A DNA stretch of 63,795 nucleotides, counting the filler, from Vezdaea acicularis (taxonomy: Eukaryota), in NCBI GenBank assembly GCA_026025075.1. It is 3 parts of 3 records of this genome, joined end to end, with 100 filler letters (N's around TTAATTAATTAA, not from the genome) between each part and the next. Parts side by side here need not be neighbours in the genome. Positions count along the whole stretch, not along the records: positions 23,482 to 45,997 come from JAPEUI010000187.1; positions 46,098 to 63,795 come from JAPEUI010000209.1; 1 more part is not named here. The stretch is one strand, 5' to 3'. The position numbers and the translations under genes were made by a program. The notes beneath the pieces were generated by a model. It saw only the letters and a program-made list of their open reading frames with translations, ran no database searches and had not been told where the DNA came from. Positions 36,731 to 49,339 of the stretch are shown piece by piece. Every line of letters begins with the position of its first letter. Positions within the stretch are counted from its first letter, which is position 1.

Positions 36731-38667
36731 TTAATTACCCAAAGCAGACATCGTTGAAACCATGTTACCATCAACATCAATCCTATTCAACAGATCATAC
36801 CCAAACCGAAGCTCTTTTTGCAACAGATCCATGAAGTCTTTTCGCATCTTCAAAGCCCGGAGCTCATGCCATGCTGTCTCGACCACTAGATCGCGCAAGG
36901 CCCTAGCATCCCCCTCAACGTCACCAGCATAGATATCAGCAACGCAGAGTGCAAAATCTGCACTATTCCAAGCTACCTTGAGGCGGTCCTTAAATTTTGC
37001 TATGGCGAGCTTCTCTAGTACAGGCATGTCGTAGCGGCATGCAAGAAGATACATGCGCGCATTGAGAAGGAGAGAGGGGTGGGGAGCAGGGGTGATTGCT
37101 GCAGTAGGAGGCTTCTCGATCGCTGGAAGGGGCTCCTTGTAGGGCTCTGCTGCTGGGGCGTCGTAGGTCTCGGGCACGGCCGATGGAGGTGACAGGGTTG
37201 GTGAATGGAGCACCTCTGATGCAAGAATTGGTTCTATGCCTAACTTCGCTGCTACCGATTTGTTCTTTTTGGGTTTTTTCTTGCTTTTCGATGACTTTAT
37301 CTTTTTAAGCACTGGGGCTTTGTCTGACATGCAGCCAAATTCGGGAATAGATTCTTGTTCTGCAGGCTCGTCCATATAGTCTAGTTGCACAGGTTCTACT
37401 TCCTCTGGGGCTGGTTCCACAGCCATAGTTTTCGTATGTACCGGTTGCTTAGGCTCGTCAATAGGTGCAGGTACTGCAAGCTCGTCGAGGGCCGCCCTTG
37501 CTCTCTCCCCATTGTCCATCTTAGATGCTAGGGCTGGCGTAGGTGTACAGTCGTCGTCTGGTAGAGGGGTTGCTTCCATGAACCCATATGGCGCGTTCAG
37601 CGGATCGCTTTTGACCACTGCTGGCTCGACATCGGGATAGATTTCAACATAACTTGAGATTCCCTTCTTCTTTTTCTTCTTCTTTTCTTTGGATGTCGCG
37701 ATGAGGTCCCAAGTGGAGAGATCTTCTGGAGGCCCGGGAACGTCATCAATGATGTCTTTGGTTTCGTCAGCCTTCTCCATGACTGGGAGGTCATACTCTG
37801 GCATGCGTCCAATGGATTCTATTGATTTTTGATTTTTCTTCGATAAATATGGGGCCCAGACTTTCCATGGGTCTCTTTCCGGTTCGTCTTCAGCACTACA
37901 TTCAGCGGCTGATTTGACAGTCTCATTAGGATCTACAATTGTTGTGTCATCAAACATTGGTGGCTCCTTGGCTAGTAGGGCGGTTGAATCGTCCCCAGCA
38001 GAACATTTTAGGCTAGGTTCCACATCAGGGCAAGTCTCTTCACTGACTTGCTCGTCATACGGTTTGGCCTCAAATTGCTTTTCGTCCGCTGAATCCGCTG
38101 TACATGGTGGTGCTTGAAGCTCATCGTACGCATAAGCAGGACTTTCGGGTTGAAATCTAGGTCCCCACCCCGTCATCACGCCGCCAGAGGAGCTTGGACT
38201 ACGGTGAGTAGAAGGAGCGGTCATTCTGTCCACTATTTCCACCTCCTCCAACTTGTTCTTTTCTGCATTTTCCTGGGTAACCTCAATCTCCCCAACGAGA
38301 TCAGCCTTCCAGGACTCCTGTCCTTCGTGCCATATACCGTCGTAGTTCGAATTGTAGATATAATGAAGCAATCGCTTGACTAACACAAGTTCTTCATCAT
38401 CAAGGTTTAGCTGCCCACAATTCTGCCGTTGTCCATTATCTGTATCAGTTATTCTGGCTGCTAATCGCCTGGACCGGAGATGAATCATGAGCTTGTGTTT
38501 TAAGAAGATTTCCCTGCCGCACTTAACCACCAGGTCGATAAATTCGGGCGAATCATTAGCGCTTGCATTGGTATCAGCCTCTGAATAGAAATATCAGTGG
38601 ACACATTAACATACTCAGTAATACCACATTGGAGTTGCTCCCAGCCAGCGTCGACGATTGAATCCAT
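36731..38667 (-). CDS. BTB/POZ-domain protein with a large internal low-complexity insertion; exons 38667-38615, 38561-36731
   Basis: N-half: FIDLVVKCG...HKLMIHLRS...LNLDDEELVLVKRLLHYIYNSNY. C-half: LLLNARMYLLACRYDMPVLEKLAIAKF...DRL...LRDLVV...F.DLL....FGYDLL. Confidence 0.75.
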
Positions 38668-40703
38668 TATCAAGTAATGGCTCCCTGTTGATCCTACACT
38701 GATGCTCACGAGTCTACTGTAGTAGTTTGCACACGAGTATTGGAATTCCAATACTTAAGTCTAAGGGAGCACTACAATATTGAAAATGTGGAGCGGAAGC
38801 TTTGATGAGCTGTCGTGCCCGTGGCTATTGCAAACGGGATATTGACCAATCGCACTTGCTCGCAGCCTTGTTTGTGTAACCCCGGCCAGGCAGCACTTTA
38901 TCAACGGAGATTGAGACATGATAATTGGTTGCAATTGTCATTCTTATCTTCTCAAGTACGCCATAGTAAGCTTGCACACTGCATGCTTCCGGCGGTCTAA
39001 AAATCGCGATAGCGGTCAGCAACTGGGAACTCCCAGCTGTTACGCCAAGACCAAGAAATTTGTGGGCATTCTCCTATCAACATCGAAGAAGTAAGACCGC
39101 CTCCATTCTATGTACAATAACGCTAATCGCAGTTTCTGCAGCATGTATGAAACTCGAAGTTCAGCTTCGGATCTTCAAGCACAAACGAAAGATGGAAGAA
39201 TTGCGGAACGAGACAGCAGAACAATACCTGGAAACCTTCATCGTTGAAGCTCTAAGGCGAGCGACCTGTACATCAACGCATGATCCTTTGGGAAAACAGG
39301 CTAGGTCCGTGCCCGAATGAAGTGTTTCCCAACCAGGTTGGAGGTGATTCCGGTTTCGAATCATGTGGTTTATTCGGCCCTTGGCAACACATCACAATGA
39401 GGGATTGTCCTTCTCGCGTTGCATCCTTTTCGACGAGCTGTGAGCTTTGTGGTTCAGGATAGGATAGATAGTAGGCTGGTCAGCCAATGACCGTCTGTCG
39501 CGCAGTACATGTGATTATTGCTGAGAGCTTGAGCTTTGTCCTCAAATTTCTCCGTCTCTTCTTACCACTAACACTCGCCACCAACTCCTTCATCAGCCAT
39601 CGTCGTCTCCAATTTGGATCTAAGGGCCTAGCTGGGAAAACTTCTCCAATATACATCCATAGCATCGTATAGAAAGGGAGAAGTGTGCAACCGATATTTA
39701 TGCAATGCTTGAGCCGACCTACCGGCCCCTCTCGTCGACCTATCCGCTCGTCTGTCCGCTTGTTCGTCCACTGCTATAATCCCTTGATCTGCCCGCCCAT
39801 CCGCTGCTGCCTTCCCTCAACTGCACGCATTATCTGCGCATTCATGTCTAGGGCCAGTGTCTCAACACGTATTCATAGCTGGTCGGAGAGCGTAGCGTGG
39901 AATCAGCCCTTTAGTTTGAGATTTGGATGAGCACCGATCACTACCGTCAGGAGTTGTGGTGATATAATGTATCGTGATTTGCGGACTTTGCGCTGTGGTC
40001 CAACATTGAATTAGAGGTGGACGGGCAGAAACAAGATCCCACAAGCACCCTGGGCAAGGCCCGTTAGTTGAGATTGTGAGAGATGCATATTACGGAACAG
40101 CCTAGAAGCTTATATTCTGAAGGTTTGCCTGTTCTACGATCTACCTTTTCGCTTGTGATTTTTTTTTCATTCTCCGTGGTTTCAGCCCTTTGACAGGAGA
40201 ACGCTCCAGCTCCAAGTATGCTCGCTCGTTGCTGTGATAGCGACGGAAACATGGTAGCTCACCCCAAAACTAAAATAGGTAGTCCTATTTAAAAGTAGAC
40301 ATGGCTCCTACGGTAATGTGCCAATGAAACAGCAGCTCTTGGAGATCGGGCTTAGTCATGTGTAAGTGAAATAAGACTGCCAAAGGTCAGCCATGCACGC
40401 AAAAGGTCTAATGATCAATTACGCACGTAAACATGGATTGATTGCATGTGCAGGCTGTTTCTCCACAAGACCATCTGATCATCCTTACTCTCGATCTATA
40501 GTGCTATGACGTTGTAGCACCCTGCTAGCTCATCCTGCATATCCTTGCATGTACTCGCATATAATAATCTCGAACTTCTCTCAAGCTTCAGGCTACTCCC
40601 ATTAATTTAAGGAGCAAATGTCATTTTTGCTTGGTGCAGCTGTGTTCTCTTTGAAATAGCAAAGCTCAGTTAATCTCAGCCACGAGATTCGTAGCAGTAG
40701 GAT

Positions 40704-42959
40704 ATGGGAAATTTGTAAGCTGGAAGAGCCCTCGATGGTATCGATCATGGCTGTACAAAGAGTCATTAACTGGTTTATCTACTAGCGAGGAAGGTACACC
40801 GCTCCGGTGGCCTGAGATTGTGGCTGAAGTCCAACGTATCCGCCAATTGGCCATACAGGTGAATCCCTGAGTGAATCGTCTCCATTGGCTTCCTAGCATA
40901 ATATCGACGATACAGCTAGGAACTTCTTGCAATATGGCAAGCCACGAAAGACAGAAAGGATGATCCTTTCCTATGGGGCGACGAGGTATGGCTTCTCGCC
41001 CTCTTAACCAGAAGACACTCAAGAGTATTTAGACTGAAAGCCTTGTCGTACAATTTCAAGATGACAAAAAGACTGTAACTGTATCAAAGCGGCAATCAGA
41101 GACGCTGAACGCGTTAGAAGGATCTCAGAATGCAGATAAGCGGCGCTGTATATCAGAAGACCACCAGCACTGTGACTGTTCCAAGAGGTATTAGGGCGGG
41201 GATCCATTCAAAACTGGACACAAGCTAAGATTCCTCAGTCTGAAGCACACTCGACCTATCTTTGAACCTGAATTCGGGTCATTCATGTTAGAGTCTATGC
41301 CCGGCAAACCTTGGGGTAGTAGTCTGAACGATTTACTCTTGTGGGAGCAAGAGATGGCGGGGCGGTGATTGTCTTCCCAATATTCCCAATGTTGAAACTA
41401 GAGATGCTGACATATATATGACCAGGCGAAGGATCGTGAAGCCCCATTTGAGAAAGAACGAATATATGTTGACATTGACTAATTTCCCCCTTCATGGTGA
41501 CGAGAGGACGCGAAATGATGTTTCTACTTCGGCACACACGGAGAACATGAGATCTCAATTCGTACCGGACGATACTGTGAATTCGTTTGTACGATATAGG
41601 ATTATTTCAGAAAACATGCGTCTAAGGCGTGGCCGTAAAGTAGCCCTTAATATCCCCGTCTTTCAAGATGAGAACACAAAATGGCCCTGGAGAGATCCAA
41701 CGGTTAATCATAGTCTCAATCGTTACCCTGAAGACAAGGAATTAGCACTTGAGGATAACTACATCTATATGGATGCTCCGACGTTTGGTGTCGGGCTTTG
41801 TTGCCTTCAAGTTACATTACAAGCCAAGGACGTAGACGAAGCACGGAAGCTCTATGATCAGCTGGTACCCCTTGGGCCAATTATGCTTGCGCTTACAGCT
41901 GCGACACCCATTTTCAAAGGTTTCCTGGCCAGCACGGATACGAGATGGGAAGCGGCTAGTGCAGCAGCCGATGACAGAACACTAGCAGAGCGAGGAGAAG
42001 CAGTAGGCTCTGTCCGCGTCGCTGTCTTAGACTTGACCCTACTGACTTCTCACAAGGACACAGAAGGACATCAACGATTAGCCTTGAAGCCCAGGTTCTC
42101 TTCAGTTGAGACGTACATAGCGAGAGATTCCCGGTTAAGAGAGGAATTTCAAGATCCTGATTTGGTTTTCGATAGCAACATCAAGGAACGCCTTGTAGAC
42201 CATGGCATGGATAGTCTGCTAGCAACTCACTTTGCGATAATCTTAGGTCGAGATCCGCTGATGGCATTCCGCGAAGACCTCAAATTGCACGATCCTACTC
42301 AGAGCAACCATTTTAATGGCCTCCAAGCACTAAGTTGGAAGACCGTGCGCCTCAAGCCTCCACCGCTGGACAACACCATTGGTTGGCGCGTCGAGTTCAG
42401 GCCCATGGAAGTGCAGATAACAGATTTCGAGAACACGGCATTTGCGATCTTCGTGGTCCTCCTTGCGCGTACAATACTCACCCTGGATCTAAATCTTTAT
42501 ATTCCAATTAAGATGGTGGCCACGAATATGGAGGTCGCAAATCGCATGGATGCGGCGGCTAATGATAAGTTTTACTTTCGTAGAAACCCACTGAGTCCGG
42601 ACGCTTCTAGTGCCAACACTTCAGAGCCTCAGGACTTCGGACTACTTGATCTTAACACCATCATGAATGGAAAGGACGAAGGCGGAGGCTTCTCAGGGCT
42701 TATTACACTTATCGAGAAGTACCTTGTAACGACTGATTTGGACTCTGGTACATGCGAAGCCATCGGCCAATATCTTAAATTTGTGAGCGAGCGTGCGTCA
42801 GGAAAGACTCCTACGATAGCGAGCTCGATACGGTCATTTGTCGCGCATCATCCAGACTATATGAAAGATAGTGTCGTGAGTCCGAGAGTCGGCTATGACT
42901 TGCTTAAGAAGGTTCAGGAGATCACTGAGATCGGAGGGAGATCGGCGAGTTATCTGTAA
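40704..42959 (+). CDS. Glutamate-cysteine ligase catalytic subunit (Gcs1/Gsh1)-like, divergent; multi-exon
   Basis: MGNF/EEGTPLRW, LLAIW...FLWGDE, FEPEFGSFMLESMPGKPW, RLRRGRKVALNIPVFQD, YMDA..FG.G.CCLQVT, LKPPP and IGWRVEFRPMEVQITDFEN. Introns at about 40715-40785, 40859-40919, 40986-41032, 41189-41238, 41375-41425 and an in-frame one at about 42003-42056. Confidence 0.85.
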
Positions 42960-43445
42960 CAATTTTAATACGTTTAGTGGGAACTTTACTGTGCCTCTGA
43001 AAGCAATACCACGCCTTTAGAAGGAAGTACTTTGGAAATGGTATTGAAATGGTTAGTAACATTTGATAGTGTCAAGGCCGGACAAGGAAAATGCTGGCTA
43101 AGGTAGGGATGTGTGGCCTCCTATTCCTTGTAACGACTAGAAAACCGTACAACATTGGGGTCCCCCCTCCTTTCGACTACCCAGTCATGCAAACCGTCCA
43201 AGAAGACCACTCCCTTCTTAAAGCTCTAAAACAGGACATAAAAATGGTGTTCAGGTATTGAGATTAGAACGAAAAGACTACCGGCTCAGAGGTGGACGCG
43301 CAAGACCTTCCAGTTTCTCGTAAATCCAGGGGGCGTGTAACATCGACACCATATGCCCCCTTCTCACTACCGCATTAAGAAAACCTTCAAAAACCCGACA
43401 TTCCATTCGGAGTCTTTCATTCAAAGTTTTTCGTATAAAGAAATT

Positions 43446-43523
43446 CGTTCAAAGCGTCCCGTTCAAAGCGTCCCGTTCAAAGTGTCCCGTTCAAAGTGTC
43501 CCGTTCAAAGCGTCCCGTTCAAA
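43446..43523. repeat. 14-bp minisatellite (CGTTCAAAGYGTCC) x about 5.6
   Basis: Direct reading. Confidence 0.92.
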
Positions 43524-44479
43524 CTCCCCCATCCCCTACCTCAACACCCCGAACACATGGAGAGTTGACTTCGTAGGGCTGGTCGACTGCGGCCATTCTT
43601 CGGATCAGCATGCTCAGATCGAGTCCCTCTCCCGAGCGCTCTTCGCAGCAGAGTGTTTCCACCAGCTCTTAGAAAGGGGCAAGGGGCAGGCCGCAATGGA
43701 CGGGCGATAACGCGTATGCGCATAATAGTGCGAGTCCATTGACAGTCGGGCATCCCACTCCCCTTCACCAACCCAACGCCCAAGCGCATAGACGGTGGTT
43801 GAGCCTGTTGACACAGGGCCGCCTTTGCGTTTTTCGGAGCGGCAGCGCGGTCCGCTCGACCCCCACTCCCCAAAGCTCTCTTCACAGTGGAAACCTCCCG
43901 CCGCTGGGGCCGACTCGCCGACTCCGCGTTTTTCGGAGCAGCAGCGTGGTCCGAACGACTCCTACTCCCCGAGAGAGTGCATAACCAGATGTAATCAGAG
44001 TCTGCAATTGGAAGGCAAAGCAGTTTGAGGCCATGTATCAACACCTATAAACACATAATCTAGGGGTTTGTGTCTGATACCGAGAGAACAAGCCGCTCTT
44101 GGATCGAAAAGTCACTTACGAATGACTTCTAGGGGCAATTATCTAGGAGTGTAAGAGCTTCATGATCCACTTCATTGCTACATTTGTGAAGCATTTCAGT
44201 CAAAGTTGACTTAAGCATTGATTGGATGGAATTAAACAAGTTTTGCCACATTTGACCGATTTGAGAAGACCTACAAGAGAATGCCATTCTCTGAAATAGA
44301 AGTTGATTTTGATACTGAAGAGTCCTGCGCTATATCTTTTCGTAAATATAGCCGAGGGACTTTGCTGACCAACGATCGGAGAAGAGATTGTATGATACCA
44401 ACAGCAGCTAAGACCGCTTACAGAGGAAGGCCATAGTGAAGAGGAACCATAGTCCCACAGCCTCTGGCTTCAAGCCCCC

Positions 44480-45942
44480 TCAGAGAATCATATCTGCGTC
44501 ATCAATCTCCTCCACAGCCGCACTACCATTATTTGTGGTTGGCGCAGCAGCAGTTTCCGGACCGCCGAAGTAATCTTCCATTTCGGCATCTAATTCTTCT
44601 TGCGTCTTCCTGACCCTACCATCTCGCCCCGTTCCACGACCACTCCCTGCACCACCTCTCTCATCTCGCCTACCACCAAGCCTCCTACCACCTCTCATAT
44701 CCTCGCTCCTAGCCCTTCGCCTTGGTGGGCTTCGACCCCGCATACCAGGCACATACCTATCGATTCCTTCCGGTGGTGGCTTGCTGACGTCGCTTCTCCG
44801 AATGCTACCCTCTGTGCTTGCGTCGTCTTCATAGTCGCTAGGATAAGTCACGCGTTCAAAGAGGCTCTTTCCTTCTTTATTTGACAAGGGTGCCGAGTCA
44901 AATGGGTTTCGTGGGCCCGTGGGAACCGTGTTGGAGACGAGACTGAGCTTGATGGGCTGCCCGGCTGCCATTGCGCCATCGAAGTCCCGGATGGCGTCGC
45001 GGGCGCTATTCACGGTTGCATAGGTGAGGAAGGCCTTTCCAGTGGAGCGGCCAGCCCGGTCGTAGACTATTTCAGCACGTGTAACAGGTCCAACTGAAGA
45101 GAAGCGATCCTGAGTCGAAACAATCAGAGAGGGAAAGAAGCTCGCAGTGAAGAATGAATCTTACTTCAAGGTCTCTCTCGCTGATGTCGTAGTGAAGATT
45201 GTCGATTCTAACTCTGGTGCCGATATTACGGCTGAACTAATATGTCAGTCGTGACAATTTAAAGTAAGAAGCAAGGCCGACCTTTCATTGGTTGGGGAGT
45301 GTGAACGACGTCTTCTGGCATTGTCCATGAAACGTCCCCCTCTAGCTGGACGGCGGGCTATGTTTGCTCAGCTTGTATTCGCCAAAGACCAATGCCAACG
45401 AGCCTACTTTCAGTGTTGTCATCGTACTTGTCATGAACCCAATCTCTGGATGTTTTTTAGCCTTGCATACGAGGTCGCGTAAGCTTGAAGACATACCGAT
45501 CAATATTTCTGGAATCATCACGCTCTCTAGTAGTCTACAAAGGGCGAAAACGATGGGGACTAGGTCAGCAGATTATCTTTGCGAGTGATGAGCGAGCGCC
45601 GCTCCAGAAGGTCCCCTTGACTCGCATGTGCTGGGGGTGAGTCCAGTCATGGTGCAGCACGGCTTGCGAAGAATACTGGAGTAGAGGAATGAGGTTTTAG
45701 GCACCTAATTGATTGGCATCAGTAATTTTGTGAAATGGGTAGAAGGGCTGTAGTCTCGAGGATACCTTTCTTACGCCATCGCGGGGCGCTGCTGGGCGAC
45801 GGCGGTCTCGACGTCCACGGCTGTTTCTCTGCTTCAAGTTTCTAGTCAGCAATTTTGGTACCAAGAAGACTCCTCGAGCCAAGATAGAGCGACAAGTAAT
45901 TACCTGACGTTCTGCTATGACATCTTCTAAGCTTAGATCCAT
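44480..45942 (-). CDS. ALYREF/Yra1 (THO complex subunit 4)-family RRM mRNA export adaptor; multi-exon
   Basis: N-terminal UBM MDLSLEDVI, R/G-rich linker, WVHD motif (DRDWVHDKYDD), RRM (RVRIDNLHYDISERDL...YDRAGRSTGKAFLTY) and C-terminal KTQEELDAEMEDYF. Confidence 0.83.
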
Positions 45943-45997
45943 GCTTGTACCCTGAAGATGGCTTGGGAAGTTGCTGGTGGCGCAATCTTAACGTTGA

Positions 45998-46097
45998 NNN
46001 NNNNNNNNNNNNNNNNNNNNNNNNNNNNNNNNNNNNNNNNNTTAATTAATTAANNNNNNNNNNNNNNNNNNNNNNNNNNNNNNNNNNNNNNNNNNNN
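45998..46097. other. Artificial assembly spacer (N44-TTAATTAATTAA-N44)
   Basis: Same six-frame-stop linker as at 23382. Confidence 0.97.
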
Positions 46098-46180
46098 AAC
46101 TACACCCCTCCGTTAACCTTCCGACATTATAAGGTCTTCTCCCATCTGCTACCTGTCGCCTTTGACAGATATCACGCGCA

Positions 46181-48995
46181 ATGGATCTATTCGTAAGAGC
46201 AGCAGCGCCAAATGGCACGACGGCGAACTCGACGACTCGAGCGACTCCTCAGGGCGGGATCCTTGAGGGGGCGAACCCATCTCACTATGATCCCAAAAAT
46301 CCAATTATCTTGTTCATCATTCAGGCAAGTCAAATATCAAAACAGTTCTATTCTACATAATCTCTAACCACATCTGCAGGCGGGTATTATCATAGTCTTC
46401 TGCCGTCTTCTCCACTTCCCGTTGTCGAAACTCCGTCAACCAAGGGTGATCGCTGAAGTCCTTGCGGGTATTCTGCTTGGCCCATCGGTCATGGGCCGCA
46501 TACCTCATTTCAAGCAATCGATATTTCCCGACGCTTCCATGCCGGTCCTTAGCAATGTTGCAAATCTTGGTCTCATATTGTTCCTGTTCTTGGTTGGGCT
46601 CGAAGTGAACATGCGATTGTTCCTAGTCAATTGGAGAGCCGCTTTATGCGTTGGGGCCGCTGGAATGGCCCTTCCCTTTGGTCTTGGCTGCGCAATTGCA
46701 TATGGTCTTTATCACCAATTCTCTGGGGAGCCGGGGACTCGCCATATCAGCTTTCCAGTCTATATGCTCTTTATCGGAGTCGCTATGGCAATTACGGTAC
46801 GTGTGGTCTCTTGAACACGTTTTGGGTATGTCTCTGACAACAAGCCAGGCATTTCCCGTTCTTTGTCGTATTTTGACAGAACTGAAGCTGCTAGGCACCA
46901 ACGTAGGTGTTGTTGTGCTTTCAGCTGGTGTCGCAAACGACGTGACTGGCTGGATCTTACTTGCGCTATGTGTTGCTCTTGTCAATGCAGGAACAGGAAT
47001 CACTGCGTTATGGGTACTTCTCTCATGTGTGGGTTGGATACTCTTTTTAGTTTACGCTGTGCGTCCCGTCTTCATGTGGATCTTGCGCCGTACCGGAAGC
47101 ATCCAGAATGGACCTACACAATCAGTTGTAGCTATAACGCTACTTTTGGCTCTTACATCGGCCTTCTTCACGGGCATAATCGGAGTACATCCTATCTTTG
47201 GCGGCTTCATGGTTGGATTGATTTGTCCTCACGATGGAGGTTTTGCGATCAAGCTTACCGAGAAGGTTGAGGATCTAGTTACAGTGCTCTTCCTGCCTCT
47301 CTATTTCGCTTTGTCAGGTCTCAGCACAAATCTTGGCCTGCTTAATGATGGAACTACTTGGGCATACGTGATCGGTGTCATTGCGGTTGCTTTCTTTGGA
47401 AAACTCATTGGTGGTACATTAGCAGCTCGATTCTGCAAGCTTGTATGGAGAGAAAGCTTCACTATAGGTGTTCTAATGAGTTGCAAGGGGTTGGTTGAGT
47501 TGATCGTATTGGTGAGTGGTGCCCTGTTACCCTTAGCATAAACGGACCTAACACGTATCAGAATATCGGGCTTCAGGCCAAGATCCTCAGCACTCGGACC
47601 TTCACAATTTTCGTGGTCATGGCTCTGGTTACCACATGCGCTACCACCCCGTTGACCAGTGCTCTGTACCCGCCTTGGTACCAGATAAAGCTCGAACGTT
47701 GGAGAGCTGGAGAGATTGACTGGGAGGGCAACTTATTGAAGCCAAGCGATGATAGCAGCGACCAGGACAGTTCCGCACCGGAAAAGCCACGGAGCACTGA
47801 GGTGCAAAAACTTCTAGTCTATCTACGATTGGACAACTTGTCAAGTCTGTTCACGTTTATCACCTTACTTGGTGGTAGCGGTGAAGTCAGGAATACCCCT
47901 AAGGTGCATCCAGCAAAGAGTAGCAGAGCTAGCAAGGGAGCGGAGAGAACTGTCAGAGCCGCTTCAGAACTACAGAACAAGCGATTTGAGGTGAATGGGG
48001 TCAGGCTAGTAGAGCTTACCGAGCGAACTTCTACAGTAATGCAGGTTTCTGAAGTCGACGAGTGGGCCATACGAGATCCAGTCGTCAACGTGTTCCACAC
48101 ATTCGGTCAAATGCACAACGTAGCCGTCTCAGGCCAAGTATGTGTCGTTCCAGAGGGATCTTACGCAGAAACTCTTGTCGCAAGAGCGACAGACTACTCT
48201 TCTGATCTTGTCTTGATACCATGGAGCGAGACAGGGAATATTTCCGAAGCAAATCAATCAGTGTACCGTGAAACCGCTGGGCAGCAATTCACGAGCGGAC
48301 CTCATAATCAATTCATCAAAGATGCTTTGCGGAATACGAAATGCGACACAGCAGTCTTTATCAATCGGGGCTTTGGTGGGCCTTTGGGAGAACACGCAGA
48401 CTCCAGAGGCCTTAGCCGGACGTTCAGCGGTATTAGTGTCATTAGCCAGAGGAAGAGACATCCCATTAGTAATCCTATCAGAGAGCGCAGTCATCACATC
48501 TTCCTCCCATTCTTTGGCGGTGCTGACGACCGGGCGGCCCTTCGATTTACTCTGCAGCTCGTCAAGAACGAACATGTCACCGCCACTATCGTATACATCA
48601 ACGCTGACAATCTGCACGAGGAAAAAGGCTCAAATTCACAGTCTAAGAATGATCGCACTTTCTTCAATACTCTAGTTGATTCGCTCCCACGGGAAGTTGA
48701 GACACGCGTATTCTTCGACAGTGTTGACACTACCCAAGCTCTCCACGATGTGATATTGCGGGCGAGAGAGGAAGTCGAGTCCGCACCTGATAACGCTGGC
48801 AATCTTATCATAGTCGGGAGGGGTGAACATATGCATAATGAAAGTCTAAGTTCTTCTTTCGAAGCGACCAGCTCAGGAGGTCTAGGACCCGAGGTTAGAA
48901 GATCATTGGGAATCTTGGCTGAGGCATTCATTGTCGGAGAGCGGAAGACCAGTGTGCTCGTCTTCCAGGCTAAGGGGAGGAACTTTGATGATTAG
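46181..48995 (+). CDS. KHA1: K+/H+ antiporter (CPA2 family); exons 46181-46324, 46380-46796, 46849-47511, 47562-48995
   Basis: QGGILEGANP..YDPKNPIILFIIQ, LRQPRVIAEVLAGILLGPS, ITAFPVLCRILTELKLL, LMSCKGLVELIVLNIGL and PFFGGADDRAAL. The first intron is GC-AG. Confidence 0.92.
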
Positions 48996-49088
48996 GGATA
49001 TTTTGTAACTCGAGCTCGGGCTCGTTGGACCTAATGCCCGTCATGACGATAGAAACGATCATCTAGCATTGCCCAGTCTTTGGACTTA

Positions 49089-49339
49089 CAGTAGGGGGTC
49101 GTAAGTGTTGTACATTCGCGAAATTATGCCTCCCACATTAATTACGCCCAAAGCACGGCGATCAACGAATCCATTCGTAAGAAACCTGGCTCACAGATTA
49201 CCTAGGGAGGACTTCAATATATCAATTGAACAAATGCCTCATGAAGTGCAGGCAGTTCTTGATTCCCGGGTGTTATACCATATATGAGTGGTCTCGTAAA
49301 TGTACAGTACACGTTTACAACACTTACGACCCTCCACTG
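49089..49339 (+). mobile_element. 251-bp Tc1/impala-type MITE, copy A (TA-flanked)
   Basis: TA-CAGTAGGGGGTCGTAAGTGTTGTA...TACAACACTTACGACCCTCCACTG-TA; non-coding interior; homologous to 51606-51848. Confidence 0.9.

Noticed and set aside
38800..40300. Short ORFs between the BTB and GCL-like genes (also 32500-33350)
   Set aside because: Fragmentary, no consistent exon structure and no recognisable family.
43129..43342. Possible solo LTR (TGTAACG...GTAACA)
   Set aside because: No matching target-site duplication (TTCCT versus TCGAC) and no second copy in the window.
43446..43523. CRISPR-like appearance of the short repeat array
   Set aside because: Head-to-tail 14-mers with no spacers, in a eukaryote; it is a minisatellite.
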